The notes under the pieces were generated by a model, which ran no database searches, was not told the origin of the DNA, and saw only the letters and a list, made by a program, of their open reading frames with translations. The translations under genes and the position numbers were made by a program. Source: Obrimoposthia wandeli (Eukaryota). Taken from it: a DNA stretch of 64,000 nucleotides. The stretch spans positions 124,001-188,000 of the forward strand of contig CDROCS010001058.1 of NCBI GenBank assembly GCA_977020255.1. The letters are read 5' to 3'. Shown here piece by piece: positions 49,301 to 62,039 of the stretch (its first letter is position 1; each line of letters starts with the position of its first letter).

Positions 49301-49527
49301 CCTCAGCGCCAGCTGTTTCAGCTGCTCCCACATTCATCTACTCTCAGCTGCCCGTCAACGACGACAACAGCTACCTCATGGATAGTTTCGTTGTACCCGA
49401 CAATTACACGTCTCCGGTAGCCGCTGGCCACAAAAGATTACGTCCTCGCAATGATACTCTTCTAGATGCAAGTACCATGGATCTGCAGAAGAAGTTCAAG
49501 AGAATACGAAGAGATTCATCTGACTAG
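40344..49527 (+). CDS. FANCM: Fanconi anemia group M helicase/translocase, 7 coding exons, ~1277 aa
   Basis: Exons 40344-40792, 42111-42360, 43223-43786, 44981-45145, 45393-45629, 46482-46672 and 47550-49527 all have GT-AG boundaries and sum to 3834 nt in frame. Motifs: [100 protein letters not shown], and C-terminal MM3-like [21 protein letters not shown]. An acceptor at 40335 suggests a possible upstream exon. Confidence 0.95.
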
Positions 49528-49830
49528 CGTCCTTTCAAGTGCTGATATATCAATACGTCTTTCTATGAATATATTTAGAGTTATCTTTGTCTACTGATAC
49601 AGAACATTATGCATCTCAATTTTAAAAAATCTACAAATGTCATATTTATTAGTTTAACTGCCGTTTTGTCACAAAAGCTTTATAAGTTATTTTTAATAAA
49701 AAACAATTGGTGGTTGAAATTAATTTATATTTCTTACAAATGAACTTCTTGACAAGAAAATAGGGATATGTGATGACTTCGACTCAATCATTAGGCCCCC
49801 GACGTAAAAGATTCTCCGAGGACGATTGCC

Positions 49831-49883
49831 GTTGCTATGGCAACAAATACACATACCGTTGCCACGCGTGTCACAATGGCAAC
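49831..49883. promoter_or_regulatory. RFX X-box-like sites in a small GC-richer island
   Basis: GTTGCTATGGCAAC (49831-49844) is a perfect X-box palindrome. There is a half site GTTGCC at 49858 and GTCACAATGGCAAC at 49870-49883. Confidence 0.45.
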
Positions 49884-50531
49884 CACTTCTCCTGAGTACG
49901 TCATTTAAAGGTTATTCTTTTGATTAAAAGCATAAATATTTGTGTGCGCAAAATTTTCAAAAATTATTTTGGGCGGATTTTTAAAATATTTTTCAAAAAC
50001 TTTAAAATATTTATATTTTGTATTACTTTCAATAACAAGTAACAAATATTTTTCAAAATTCAATCTTAGTGTTTATATTATTATTCCTACATCATAAAGA
50101 TTTGAATGTCAATTTCATAATATATTATTCAAAGCAATGTGATCCATGTATATGATAATACATAATATAATTTTATTCAGGTTAATGCATCCAGGCTATT
50201 ATATACCATGTGTATTTTATTTTAATAAAAAATTTATAATATTATCCATTGTTTTTTAAAAATATAATTTGTTTTAACACACCAATGAAATCAATTAAGC
50301 TAAGAAGAGTATATAAGAGAATTTATTTAGTTTCATTTCATTATTGATAAAATGGAATTCAAGAGAGAAATGTTATTGAACGAGCTCATGAACAGCGAGC
50401 ATTGGTGCACATTTACCGATAGTTGCAACTTTAATCGGTTCCCTACTTGCTACAGCTGTTGCCTAAAGTATATGGAAAACAACTTACCTAATTTTGATTT
50501 AAAAAGAAATTGTTGTAATAAAACGATATAG

Positions 50532-51523
50532 TACGATCCCGATGACCCAGTTGGATACAGCAGCGTTGGAACTCTATCATCAAACACCAAGCCGAGCCAA
50601 AAGAAAACTCAATCATGGCTGAGCAATCAATTGGCGTACAGTCTCAACAAATCGATTCGAAAAAGATTCTCAACATGATCGTACAAGACTAGTGGCCCTA
50701 ATAATTTATGGCAAATGGATTTGATGGAAATGATACCTTATGAGCGTATAAATAGCGATTACAAATATATATTAACATGTATTGATGTATTTATCAGATT
50801 TGGAAGTGCTGAACCAGTAAAATCAAAATCTGGTAAAGATATAGAGGCTGCCATCAAAAATATGATTGATCTTGTACCTGATAATGTACAAACAGATGCT
50901 GGAAAAGAGTTTTATAACAAACATGTTAAAGCAACTTTTAATAAATTAGGAGTAAATTATTACTCTGTGTTTTCACACTTTAAAGCGGCCTTAATTGAAC
51001 GATTTAATAGGACATTAAGAGAAAAATTAAAGAAACATTTTGTTGTAATTGAATCAAAGAAATGGATAAAGGTACTACCTAAACTGTTAATTTCATATAA
51101 TCACTCACCACATCGCGGTTTAGATGGTAAGAAACCTATTGATATTTCATTTGATGATTGGTTTTCTCGTAATAAAAATCAATAATAAAGAAATCCAAAT
51201 ACAAAGTTGAAGATTTTGTTCGCATATCACGCCTAAGTACAACACTTTTTTTTTAATTTGATAATAATTGGAGTGATGAAGTATTTGAAATAATAAAAAT
51301 CAATTTACGTGCAAACCCCGTAATGTATAACATCATAAATGAGGATAAAAGTCCGATAGAGGGAAAGTTTTATGAGCAATAATTACAAGTTATTGATAAA
51401 CCAAAAGTATATAGGATACAAGAATTTATTAAATCTAAAGATCGAGGTAAGAATAAACAATATTACGTAAAGTGGCATGGATATAAAACACCATAATTGA
51501 TAAAAGCGAACCAGATAGAGTAA
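50532..51523 (+). pseudogene. Polinton integrase (second element)
   Basis: YDPDDPVGYS..WLSNQLAYSL..DDE triad in ORF 50715-51185..WSDEVFEI..YYVKWHGY. Confidence 0.9.
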
Positions 51524-53030
51524 AATATTTCTATATTGTATTACCACCTAATAGTTGTTCAAACACTCAACCCAATAATACCGCATCGAAATTTATTGTT
51601 GATTGGAAAAATCTGTTAGAACTTCAAGATGAATGGGAAGTTGCATTGACAGAATTTACTTATAGTAATACACCCGTTATTTTACACAAGGGTGTGAAAT
51701 TAATTATAAGGAAACGGTTAGTGATAAGAAAACCGATAATGTCTCATTAATTGTTGAATTTAAAGATGAGGAAATTCATAATAATAAGCAAAATCCTGTT
51801 AAATTTATTGTAAAGAAAATTTAAAAAATATAATTAAAATCATCAAAACGCATTGCTAATCTTCATTGTGAGTTTGGTACATATGGTGAAGATAAAATGG
51901 AAAATGTACTTGTTATAAAATCTTTAAATAAACATAAATTATATATAAAACTATCTGAAAAATCATTTGGGTTTCCTAAATAATCAATTAATCACTGAAA
52001 ATTACTTGGTATCGTATAATAATGGTATTTTAACTGCGCAAAAAACCATGCATCATAAATATGTATCAACAAAATTTGAATATTATCAATTAGGAGAGTA
52101 AATATCAATTCAAAAATCGTGTTCGACAACGACTTCAAAAGTACAGATTTGAATGCATTAGTTAAATACGTTATATCTAAATGTATTCATATTTTTAGCA
52201 TGTTTGATATTGAAAAAGATAAATTCATCAAATTCAAGTTAAAATCTAATATTTCAAGTATAATGTTTAATAATCGTATGGCATTTGTACTGGGACTTAA
52301 TAAAACAGAATTTACATGTGACGGTAAAGTTATTCCTCAATTAATATGTGAGTTTGATCATATGTACCTGTATACCAATTTGATAGAGTCTATAAATGTT
52401 GATAGTGTAAAAATACCATTGTTAAAATCAATTCGGTTAGATAAAAACAAAAACAATATGGTGATACCGCAAATATCATTAGACCAATGTATCTTCCTGT
52501 AATATCAACATATATTTCCAATATTGAAGAAAATATTCGTAATGATAGTGGAATACCGATAAACTTTGCTCATAACGCAAAACTAGTTTAACAAAATATT
52601 TCCGAAAAGTTATGTATAAACAAAATTAAATAATGCTAATCGTTAATAATGTCTCTATTTGATGTATATTGTACAACCCAAACGGGTGGTGAACTTCCTT
52701 TGTTGGAAAACAATATGGTTCAGGTTGGTTGAAAATTTTGGGGTGAATTGCGTTTCCTATACTATCACGTTTAGGACGAATTGGTGCAAAAACACTTACA
52801 AATGTAGTAATGAACGATAAACCAATTTTGAGTGAACTAAAATCAAATGCAATGAGTGAAGTACCAGGTTTGTTGCCTGAAGCAACAAAAGCTGCTACTC
52901 AACTAATGACTGCAATAAAGAAAAGTCGAAAACGACCTGAACAAATTCCTGTTGAAATGAAAGAAGAAGTACAGAAAGGCAGAGGTAGTATAGACAAACG
53001 TAAAAAATAGGAACCATATTTGAGTAAGAA

Positions 53031-54253
53031 ATGGCATGTGCAAAATCTGAACTGTGTTTATTTGATCGTCCACTACCTCAAATTGCTATAGAAAATGGAT
53101 TTATTGAGAATATTTACCCGTTTAATAATATTACCGGTAGTAATATTAATACAATCGAGTTTAATATCCTTTCGAGTGAAACAGAATATTTAGATTTGAA
53201 TGATTCTCTATTATATTTGAAAATTAAAGTTTTAAAAAATAATGGAACAAACAGTTATATTGACATGGTGGAAGCAGATAAATTTATACCAACAAATATC
53301 TTTTTCCATACACTATTTAAAGATGTGCAAATTCACCTGAATAATACTCGTATTGAAGGAGGAAATGGTAATTATGCTCACAAGGCTTTGATTGAATGTA
53401 TGCTTAATTATAGCAAAGATACTCAAAGTGTTTCATTAGACGGAATTGGTTATGATAGTAATGAGAATGTATGAAAAGGAGGGATTGAAAAATCTGGTAA
53501 AAATTTGAGTTGTGCGGTTCAATTCGATTGATTTTCTTGAACAACCCAAATATCTGCTTTCCGGTATGAATGTTTGTATAAAATTGATTATTTCCAATGC
53601 AAACATGTCGCTAAAAACCGGTACAACTCATTGTAGAATAAAATATTTAGATGCTAAAATGAAAGTTAGACGTGTACGAGTTGAACTATCAGTTTTGATG
53701 GCTCATAATATTGGTTTGGAAACTCAAAATACGGTTTATCCATATAGACAAGGAAAAGTGGTACATTATTCACTACCTAAAGACGCTACAACATTTTATA
53801 AATCACCTATTTTTGATGATGAGCAATTACCTAAATTTCTTTTGATTACATTTCAACATAATCTTAAAATGAATAGGTCTAGTGAAACAGACACTTCAAA
53901 ATTTGATCATTGTAATGTCGGTTCAATTTCCCTTAGTAGAAACACTGATTTTGTTAAAACGTACACTACAAACTTTGAAAAAGATTAGTTCATGTTTGCA
54001 TATATTCAATCACTGGTTAGAAACATGGGATTATTGGATAAGAATATAAACATAGGTATAACATCTGAAAATTTTAACATTCGTATTGGCCCTTGACTTT
54101 GATATAAATCAACATCAATTACCGAGACAAGATAATATATGACTTGACGTAAAGTTTCACAAGGGATTGGAACATCCATCAAACATTATAATTTACGGTG
54201 TTTTCGATACTGAAATTCAAGTAACTAAAGGGAAACGTGCAATTGTAGGATGA
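53031..54253 (+). pseudogene. Major capsid protein (second element)
   Basis: ORFs 53031-53474 and 53512-53988 are homologous to 22042-22803 and 21596-21940. Confidence 0.9.
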
Positions 54254-54628
54254 AGTACGTGTTAAGTATTTATTGATCTTAATAAATGTAGTTCTAAACA
54301 GGTTCATACTGTGAGAATTGAATTATTGGAACAGAAATTCAAAGGAGTGTTTCCTATGGATAAAATACCGACTCTAAAGCCTGGCGGGTATGTTTTAAAT
54401 ACTCATACGAGTAATTTATCTGGTGAACACTGGATTGCGCTATTCGTGAGACGTGATAGTGTATACGTATTCGATCCTATAGGAATTTATTATCCATCAG
54501 CACTCATCAGAGATGTGGAAACTTAAGGGAAACGTCATGTATTCTATAATAAAACTCGTATGCAAAACCAATTAACTACTAATTGTGGTCCTTTATGTCT
54601 TTTATTGTTGTATCATAAAGTTTCTTAA
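54250..54628 (+). pseudogene. Adenain-like protease (second element) with a 37-nt intron after codon 2
   Basis: ATG AA, intron GTACGT...ATGTAG (54255-54291), then T TCT AAA CAG gives MNSKQVHTVRIELLEQKFKGVFPMDKIP, in frame with ORF 54311. GEHW, FDP, and after a frameshift QNQLTTNCG. Confidence 0.88.
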
Positions 54629-55707
54629 TACATTTTACGAATTTAAATGACTTATTTTATAAAAATATATATAGATTATAAATATTAATTTAAATAAAAT
54701 TTCTTACATTTTTAGAATTTGAAATTTATTTAGAAATATAAAAATATATAATATTTAAACTTATAATTTGATAATTTAGATTCGTTAGAATTTTACAAAA
54801 GTTTTCTAAATAAATTTTAAAAACCTTTACACTTGCAAATAAATTTGATATTTCCAAAGACATGAAAATAAAAGCAAACAAACAAGCATATTATGACATA
54901 CTGTATTTCACAATATAGATTTTAATCTATGAACTTTTAGAACGATAGAATGGAATCTTTTGTATCAAAAGCTGAACATTTGATATTAAGAACTTGAAAA
55001 TTACAAATTGGATACTTACAGAATCAGGCAGATATTAAAGAGTTGAAAATCAAAATTAAGAAGTGAGAACTTCTCATCTTAAAACGTCAACTACAAAATA
55101 TAAAGTTGTAAAAAAATATTTTATATTTTTCGTTGAAAATTCAAAATTGAGTATAATCATGAACTGATTTCATTATTATCTTGTTGTTATAAATTCATAT
55201 ATCATTCATTCACTTGTATATATTAATACAACTTTTGTGTTTAATCAATTTATTAATTATATAGGATTAATTTGATTAGTTGACCAATTATATTGAAGTT
55301 AGGTTTTTATATAATCGAAACACTTTAATTTTAAAATCATTTCATCATTATGACTCTAAGTACTTTAGATATGTTATGTGCTCTTCACACCAACCTTAAA
55401 GAAGAAAATTTTCAATATCATTACCATCAAAGTATCACATGAATAAATGATTTATTGATTTTATTTTAGTGTTATTTATCATATGCATAAATAACTAATT
55501 GATTTTATTATTTGTCTTTTTCAAGGTTAACTATAAACAAAAGTAATATAAAATATAATCTTTGCCAAAGGTGCTGACTGGTCTTCGGATGAAGGGCTTC
55601 CCTCTTAGGAGGCTCCGCAAGGAAGACTTTGGTCACTTAAAATCTACTTAATCTACTTTTGTTTTAAACGGTAAGATATATAGCGCCATATTTGAAAATG
55701 GTCTTGA

Positions 55708-55973
55708 AATCCCGCATACGACGCCAAAATGGTTTTGCAGTAAAGGGTACCCCCCAGGGGAACCTATTACCGTTGGCGTAGTATGCGTGATTATCAGACC
55801 AAATGTAGTTCAAGTCTCGAAATCCTGCATACAACACAAATATGGTTTTGGAGTAAAGGGTATCCCCGGGGTGACCTATTACCGTTGGCGTAGTATGCGT
55901 GATTTGTCAAGTCTCGAAATCCTGCATACAACACTAGACTTGACTTGATGTTGTATGCAGGATTTTGAGACTT
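55708..55973. repeat. Array of three related stem-loop units
   Basis: An identical 31-mer, ACCTATTACCGTTGGCGTAGTATGCGTGATT, is at 55762-55792 and 55874-55904 and is complementary to each unit's 5' arm. A 25-bp inverted repeat with one mismatch is at 55909-55933 / 55949-55973. Confidence 0.85.
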
Positions 55974-58900
55974 CATGAGTCAATTTAAACCATTTTTAGC
56001 CATTTTAACGATATTCTTTCTAAAAATGACTATATATAGACATTTAGGCATTATAGTGTTGGTTTAGTACCGACATTATATACTACTGACATAGAAGATA
56101 AATTATTGCTCTATACCTAGATGCTTCTAGAAGATAAATTTATTATACGCAGGTGGTTAAGAAGTAATTTCAGAAATGTATTATATTTAGAGGATATTGG
56201 AGACAGAAATTAACAAGGTGTTTAGGAAATTTATGAAATTTAAGGTTTAAGCTTAGATAATTAGCTAATTTTGATCTACTTAATCCTCTCAACCTTCACA
56301 TTATTTTTTCTTCTTAAACCTGTCAACCACCACGAAATTATCCTCTTCCTTATCTTCATATTACTCTTCCCTTCTTAGAGAAGAAATTATGTGAGATTTA
56401 GTGATAATCTAAGATAACATTAGCCAAATGATGGAATAAAGATGGAATATATAAATTTAGCTGTAATTTGCTCAAACATACTTCCACTATCAAGTAACAG
56501 TAATTTAGGTAAAGATTATCAAAGTAATTTCGCTTAGAGTATTAGCGGTCAAGCTGTTAGGGTAATTTTGAAATATCAGTTTCCTCATACTTGATAATTG
56601 ATTTATAATATATATCTGAAATTGATCTAAAATCCGTATCAGTTATATCTACATATTCTGTCATTATTTGTTAATTTTTATATAAATGCATTCCTGCTGA
56701 AGCCAATAAGTTATATCTAATGTCTGGTAAATAAAGAGTTTCTGAAATTGATGGATTAGAAAGTATTACGAATTATAGGAAAATGGCTAATCTGGTCCTA
56801 AAGGGATTTATTAATAGACTTATATCAATATATGAGAGAAAATTATGATATTTAGCTGATTCTAGAATAGACATTAATGATATTTTCAGGAAATTTATTA
56901 TATCTAATCCGCCACAGATGGTTTATTGATATGTTTATATCGATATATTCAGGAAATTAATGATATGCTCAAGAAATTAATGGTATTTATATGGTTCTGA
57001 AGGCGAAATTCATGATATATTTGGGAAATTAATGATATATAATCCGTCACTAAGGGATTAATATATATCAATATATTCAGGAAATTAATTATATTTTCAG
57101 GAAATGTATGATATTTAGGTGCTTCTAGAGAAGAAATGATTTGATAATTAGAGATACTTGTGAGCATTGGTTAGAATTTTTCGATTGATTAGTTAAATTT
57201 AGGGAACAGCATACATTGATGGAGTGTGTATTTGATTCAGTTTAGTAGTCTTATTGAAAATTTAGTCCATATGGCGACATCAAAGACTGTTCTCCAATCA
57301 ATAACTTCTACCAAAATGTGATGAATATGATGGAGAAAGTATGAGAATGAATCTCTTTATGTGGCTTTTTCTTGTACCTACAGATGTGTCTACAGCAAGA
57401 ATACCACCGATGACAGAACTTCTCAATTTCTCTTCTAAGTAAGATATTATCACAGGTTTGCATACGCTTTCATATCCTTACAGCTAAAACCTGAATCTAT
57501 TATGAAATTGATCCTGAGATGATGCTTGAAGAATGTTTTCGCGGGTGAAAGGACATTTATCAGTCAAAATTACTAACTATGAGGGGGATTCTATTTAGAT
57601 AACCTCAATTTTCATCGGTTGGAGATTTACCCAGATCAATTAGATTGAAATATATGAAAGTATTCAGAATGAATTAGATGATATACTTGACAATCTTAGA
57701 AAATAATATTGGAATACTTACTTTATTATACAAAGAAGATTGCTTTGATCATTTTGTTTGCAAGAGGTTATAGAAGAGAAATTAGTGATATTTAGCTATT
57801 TCTAGAAGAAACATTAATGTTATATCTAGGAAATTTATTTTATTTAGGTGGTTCTAGAAGATAAACTAATGATATGTTCAGGAAATCTATGATATTTAGG
57901 TAGAGGGGTAATTATTGATATATTCAATCAATTTGATATATTTAGAAGGTTCTAGGAGGATTCCATTGGACTTTTAACTCATTATCCAAAGAAGTACCCC
58001 CGGGATTGCTTCAGATGCAGGCTAGATTTTATACATAGAACAATTCAGTTTTCACATATGCAAAGAAGATAATTAAACATAAAGGGAACTAAGGATTTTG
58101 ATTATTATAAGTCATTTTAGATGATCAGAGGATAATCTCATAGTTGTTAGGTAAATCTCGTGGAAGTTGAGAGGTTTAAGAAGAAAAAATAACGTGGTAG
58201 TTAGGAAAATCTCGTGGTAGTTAGGGAAATCTCGTGGTAGTTGAGTGGTTTAAGGAGAGGAAAATAATGAGCTAGTTAAGAAGAGAATAATCTCGTGATG
58301 GTTAAGAGGTTTAAACTAGGAAAATAACACGGAGGAGAAAATATAACAAGTATTAGGGTTTAAGGAGATAATAGCATATAATCCATGAAATCAGACCAAT
58401 ATTAAGCACGAAACATTCAGTATTTAAACTGATAATAATTTATAAAGGTTAAACATAGTAGCCTTATTAAATACCTCATTCATCAAAGCAGACATAATGA
58501 TGGATGTTTTTAAATAACATACATCAATTAGCTTTACTTATACATCAATTTTGATTGGTTGAAATATTCTACGTTTCAGTTGTTTAAAAATAATCTACGT
58601 TGTAGTTGTTTAACTTTAAACATTTTGTTGTAAAACTAAGATATTAAGACGTATAATATTTAAGTTAGATGATTAGCTGAGGGTGTAGAAGGAAAATATT
58701 GGAAATTTTATAAAAATGAATATAACAATCAATAAATCGAGATATATCTATCCATTACTAACATGTAAATCGTTTCATGAATCTTCTATCAAAAACTTTC
58801 AACCCTAACTTTCAGAGAAATTACCAAATACCATAAATTCATATATTACCATAGATACATATTGATTATTGAAACACTGAAATTATCAATATTATTATCA

Positions 58901-60204
58901 ACATCCAGTCTCAGAATTCAGTATCATCAGCCAGCATAAAGTCGCTGATAATTGGAATAATGATATTTCTAATATGTTATTGAGATTTAGAGTATAAAGT
59001 GGAGTAATGTAGCTAATTATGGAGAAGACTTAGATGTTTTGAAAGTTAAATTGATTATTATACAAGGCCATATACAATTCATTATAACAGATCCTATATA
59101 CCCTCACAAAGAATCTTATACCAAAATTATCAATAATACGCAAATTTCATCTATATCATAACACATGTTGTAAATCTCGATAAAACCTTAAGAATTATGT
59201 ACGTAATTCATCATAAGTATTTTATTGATTCATCTGTTCTATCAAGCATATATTGATTATTGATTCATCAGTGGGAGTTAGGTATGAATTTCTAAAGATA
59301 GCATAGTTTATCATCATTTTATTAATATATATCTATTCATTACTATTGTTTCATTTGATTCAATATTTCTATCAAAATAACCTTAACTATCAGACTTCTT
59401 ATTAATAAATAATTATAAAAGAGAAAATAAAGATACGTACCCTTATTTGTTAATTCTATAGAGTCCAAACAGGAGTCACTAATCCATTGGGTCCAATCTT
59501 GTGTATCCGTTTGTAATCCAGTTGGGTAGACATATAGTTTTGATCCATTGATATTTCGGAAAAATAGCATCATGATATTGAATTTGGGTTCTTGTACGTG
59601 ATAAAATTGATTTTTGTAAGTATTTTATTAATTCTTTAATAATATCAGAAATTAAGTAATCAAATCTTTCAATCAATATATAAAATTGTAAAGCTTCTTG
59701 AGAAAATGCATATCCATGAAAAGTACGGGGACGTTCGTATAAATCGGAAATTGATTGCATGTTTAATAAAATATCTCTTTGTTTATATAGAACTGAGACT
59801 CAGGTACACCAATAAGAATAGATGCTACAATGTTACTAAAAATAGATTATTTTATAGGGTTAAGAAGAGGGAAATTACGTGGTGGTTAAGATGCTTAAGG
59901 AGAAGAGAATAGAGTTGAGGTTAAAGTAGAGAGAAATCACGTGATGGTTAAGGGTAGAATAATAACATATATTCATGGATACAATTGAATTAAAGCAATC
60001 ACAATCCTCCACCAATCAGGTTTGGTTAGATATAATATAAACAATTAACAATTCAGACATTATTTATGATCAAGATGTTGACAATGGTGACAATGTCCTT
60101 CTCTATACATATCCTTATTTTAAATCAGCTAATATGATAAACCTCATACATACTTATTAATTTTCTCTAAACTTTCTTAATTATCATTAATATTTCCTCT
60201 AAAC

Positions 60205-60258
60205 CAGTAGTGGGCAAACTACGGCCCGCGGTCAAAGGTTTTTATGCGGCCCGCCAAG
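60205..60258 (+). mobile_element. hAT (Charlie/SPIN-like) 5' terminus / MITE fragment
   Basis: CAGTAGTGGGCAAACTACGGCCCGCGG...TGCGGCCCGCC is a typical hAT terminal and subterminal sequence. The other end was not found. Confidence 0.6.
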
Positions 60259-61539
60259 TTATATACGCATGTTATTTTGGGACAAAAAGAAATTGTGAAG
60301 AAATTGAATAGATGATGATCTTGAGATTTTTTATTTTTGAAAAATATTTAATGTTATAAACTGTTTTCTTTTAACTTTTATTGAAATTTAAATTGATGTT
60401 AAAATAATTAGAGTCTAAACCATCTTAATATCACTAAATAACACATCTCAGGGAATTCTCTTTTATAAACACCACGTTAATTTCCACCTCTGAACATTTA
60501 TGAATTAATTTCAATATGAATCAATACATAATATATTTATCTGTATATTTTTTAAAATGTATTGAGTATTATAATTAATAATTAAATAAATATTTATATT
60601 AGAAATATATAAATTTAAAAATAATATAAAATTGATTTTGTTTTAAATAACTAATATTTTAAATAATCAACAAATAGTTTGCTACTATTAGTAGTAAGTA
60701 GCTAAAGATTAAAAATAGTAAAAGTAAATTAATTAATTGTACATATTAATTATTTTATATTAATTGAGGTCTTTAACATCATAGGTATATATATTTATGG
60801 AAAACAAAAACGTAAAATGGCCCGAGAAGATTGTAAAAGAAAAGCGATAAATCTAAATTGAAAAGGAATTCAGAAGTACATTCAGAAGTACATTCAGTAC
60901 AAATACCTACACAACACAACAATAGTTTTAAGGACCACCAAGTTCTCCTGGACATAGACTCTATTAACACAAAACAACAAACTTTAAGACTAGAATACCT
61001 TTAGATTTTAGAACAGGTAGGCCACATCATAAGCCTTACAGAACTTACATTGGGGTCTCCATACGAGGATTTTAAATTTTGATAGAAAACCCTAACATAT
61101 TTAATTGATGCCCCGAGATAGGATAGCTCGTCAGACATAGGGAATTCAGATAAGAATAAATAGAGAATTTGAGAAACAGTTGTTAAAGAAGTTAAAAAGA
61201 ATAAGAGAGTAAAAGTAAATAAGTGAATAAGTGAATTAAGAAATAAGGATTAATTGAGTATAAGTTAATTTGAGAATTTAGGATTTATTGAGTTTTAATA
61301 AGCGAACAAAGGATTTAAGAGATATGATAAGTGAATGGCATAAGATAATTGAATAAGATAATTAATTGAGAATAATATATATAATAAGAGAATTTAATTA
61401 AAAATAAGATAAGTAACAAGTTAATTAATAAGTGAATAATTAAATTGATATAAGAATTCGTAAGATAATAGTTGAGTAAAAAGTAATTAGAAAATCGAAG
61501 TCGTTGAGATATAAGCAATTGATAAGATAACGGATAATC

Positions 61540-62010
61540 AAAGAGGACCCGAATTTAATACTAGAACACAGAGTTCAGTTGAACAGGTTCCTCGAGTAAA
61601 TAAAGAAGTTAAAAAAGTATTTCAGGTCGAAGTTGTTGAAGAAACAGTATCTAAAAAAGACTTTAATTGATCAATAGTTTCAACCGAGAGTTTTAATTTA
61701 CCAGATTTATTTGACGAAGTAAATCAAGGAGATATTGAAGTTGCCAATTTAGGAGAGATTGAGAAAGTTAATTTGAACGATATTGAAGATATATATAAGG
61801 AGAATATGGCTAACCCAGGTAATATGAATGTGGAACAGCTTTGAATGCGACGTTGAGACCAAACTTTACAGGCTCACTGCAGATCGCGAAGTTTTAAAAG
61901 AGATGAGAAAAGTATTTGTGAATTCCTCGCAGAATATTCGAGTTGTGCAGACGTTCAGGGATGAAACAATACAGAAAATGGTGTCCACGTTCAAGCATAT
62001 TTGACAGGTC
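61540..62010 (+). pseudogene. Gypsy-like gag N-terminal relic
   Basis: FNTRTQSS..FNLPDLFDE..MANP..FKRDEKSICEFLAEYSSCADVQG* resembles the retrotransposon gag F.G..S..EFL..YE..A...GW region. Confidence 0.45.
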
Positions 62011-62039
62011 AATAACTATTTTAGTGAGATTAAGTAATT

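Larger units (their letters stand above)
50352..54628 (+). mobile_element. Partial second-family Polinton structural module: integrase, mCP, core protein, MCP, protease (no ends, ATPase or pPolB seen)
   Basis: Same gene order as 25265-21212 but clearly diverged. WQMDLMEM/VQTDAGKEFYN/IERFNRTLR; GGEL..GKQYGSGWLKIL; MACAKSELCLFDRPLPQ; GEHWIALFV. Many stops and frameshifts. Confidence 0.93.

Noticed and set aside
55570-55630. Hammerhead ribozyme
   Set aside because: The core reads CUGACUG…GAAG rather than CUGANGA…GAAA, and stem I cannot form next to the putative cleavage site.
56870-57950. Leucine-rich-repeat gene (LxISGN-like)
   Set aside because: The periodicity is irregular, and the best-preserved frame gives I.DIFRKLMI rather than LxxLxLxxN.
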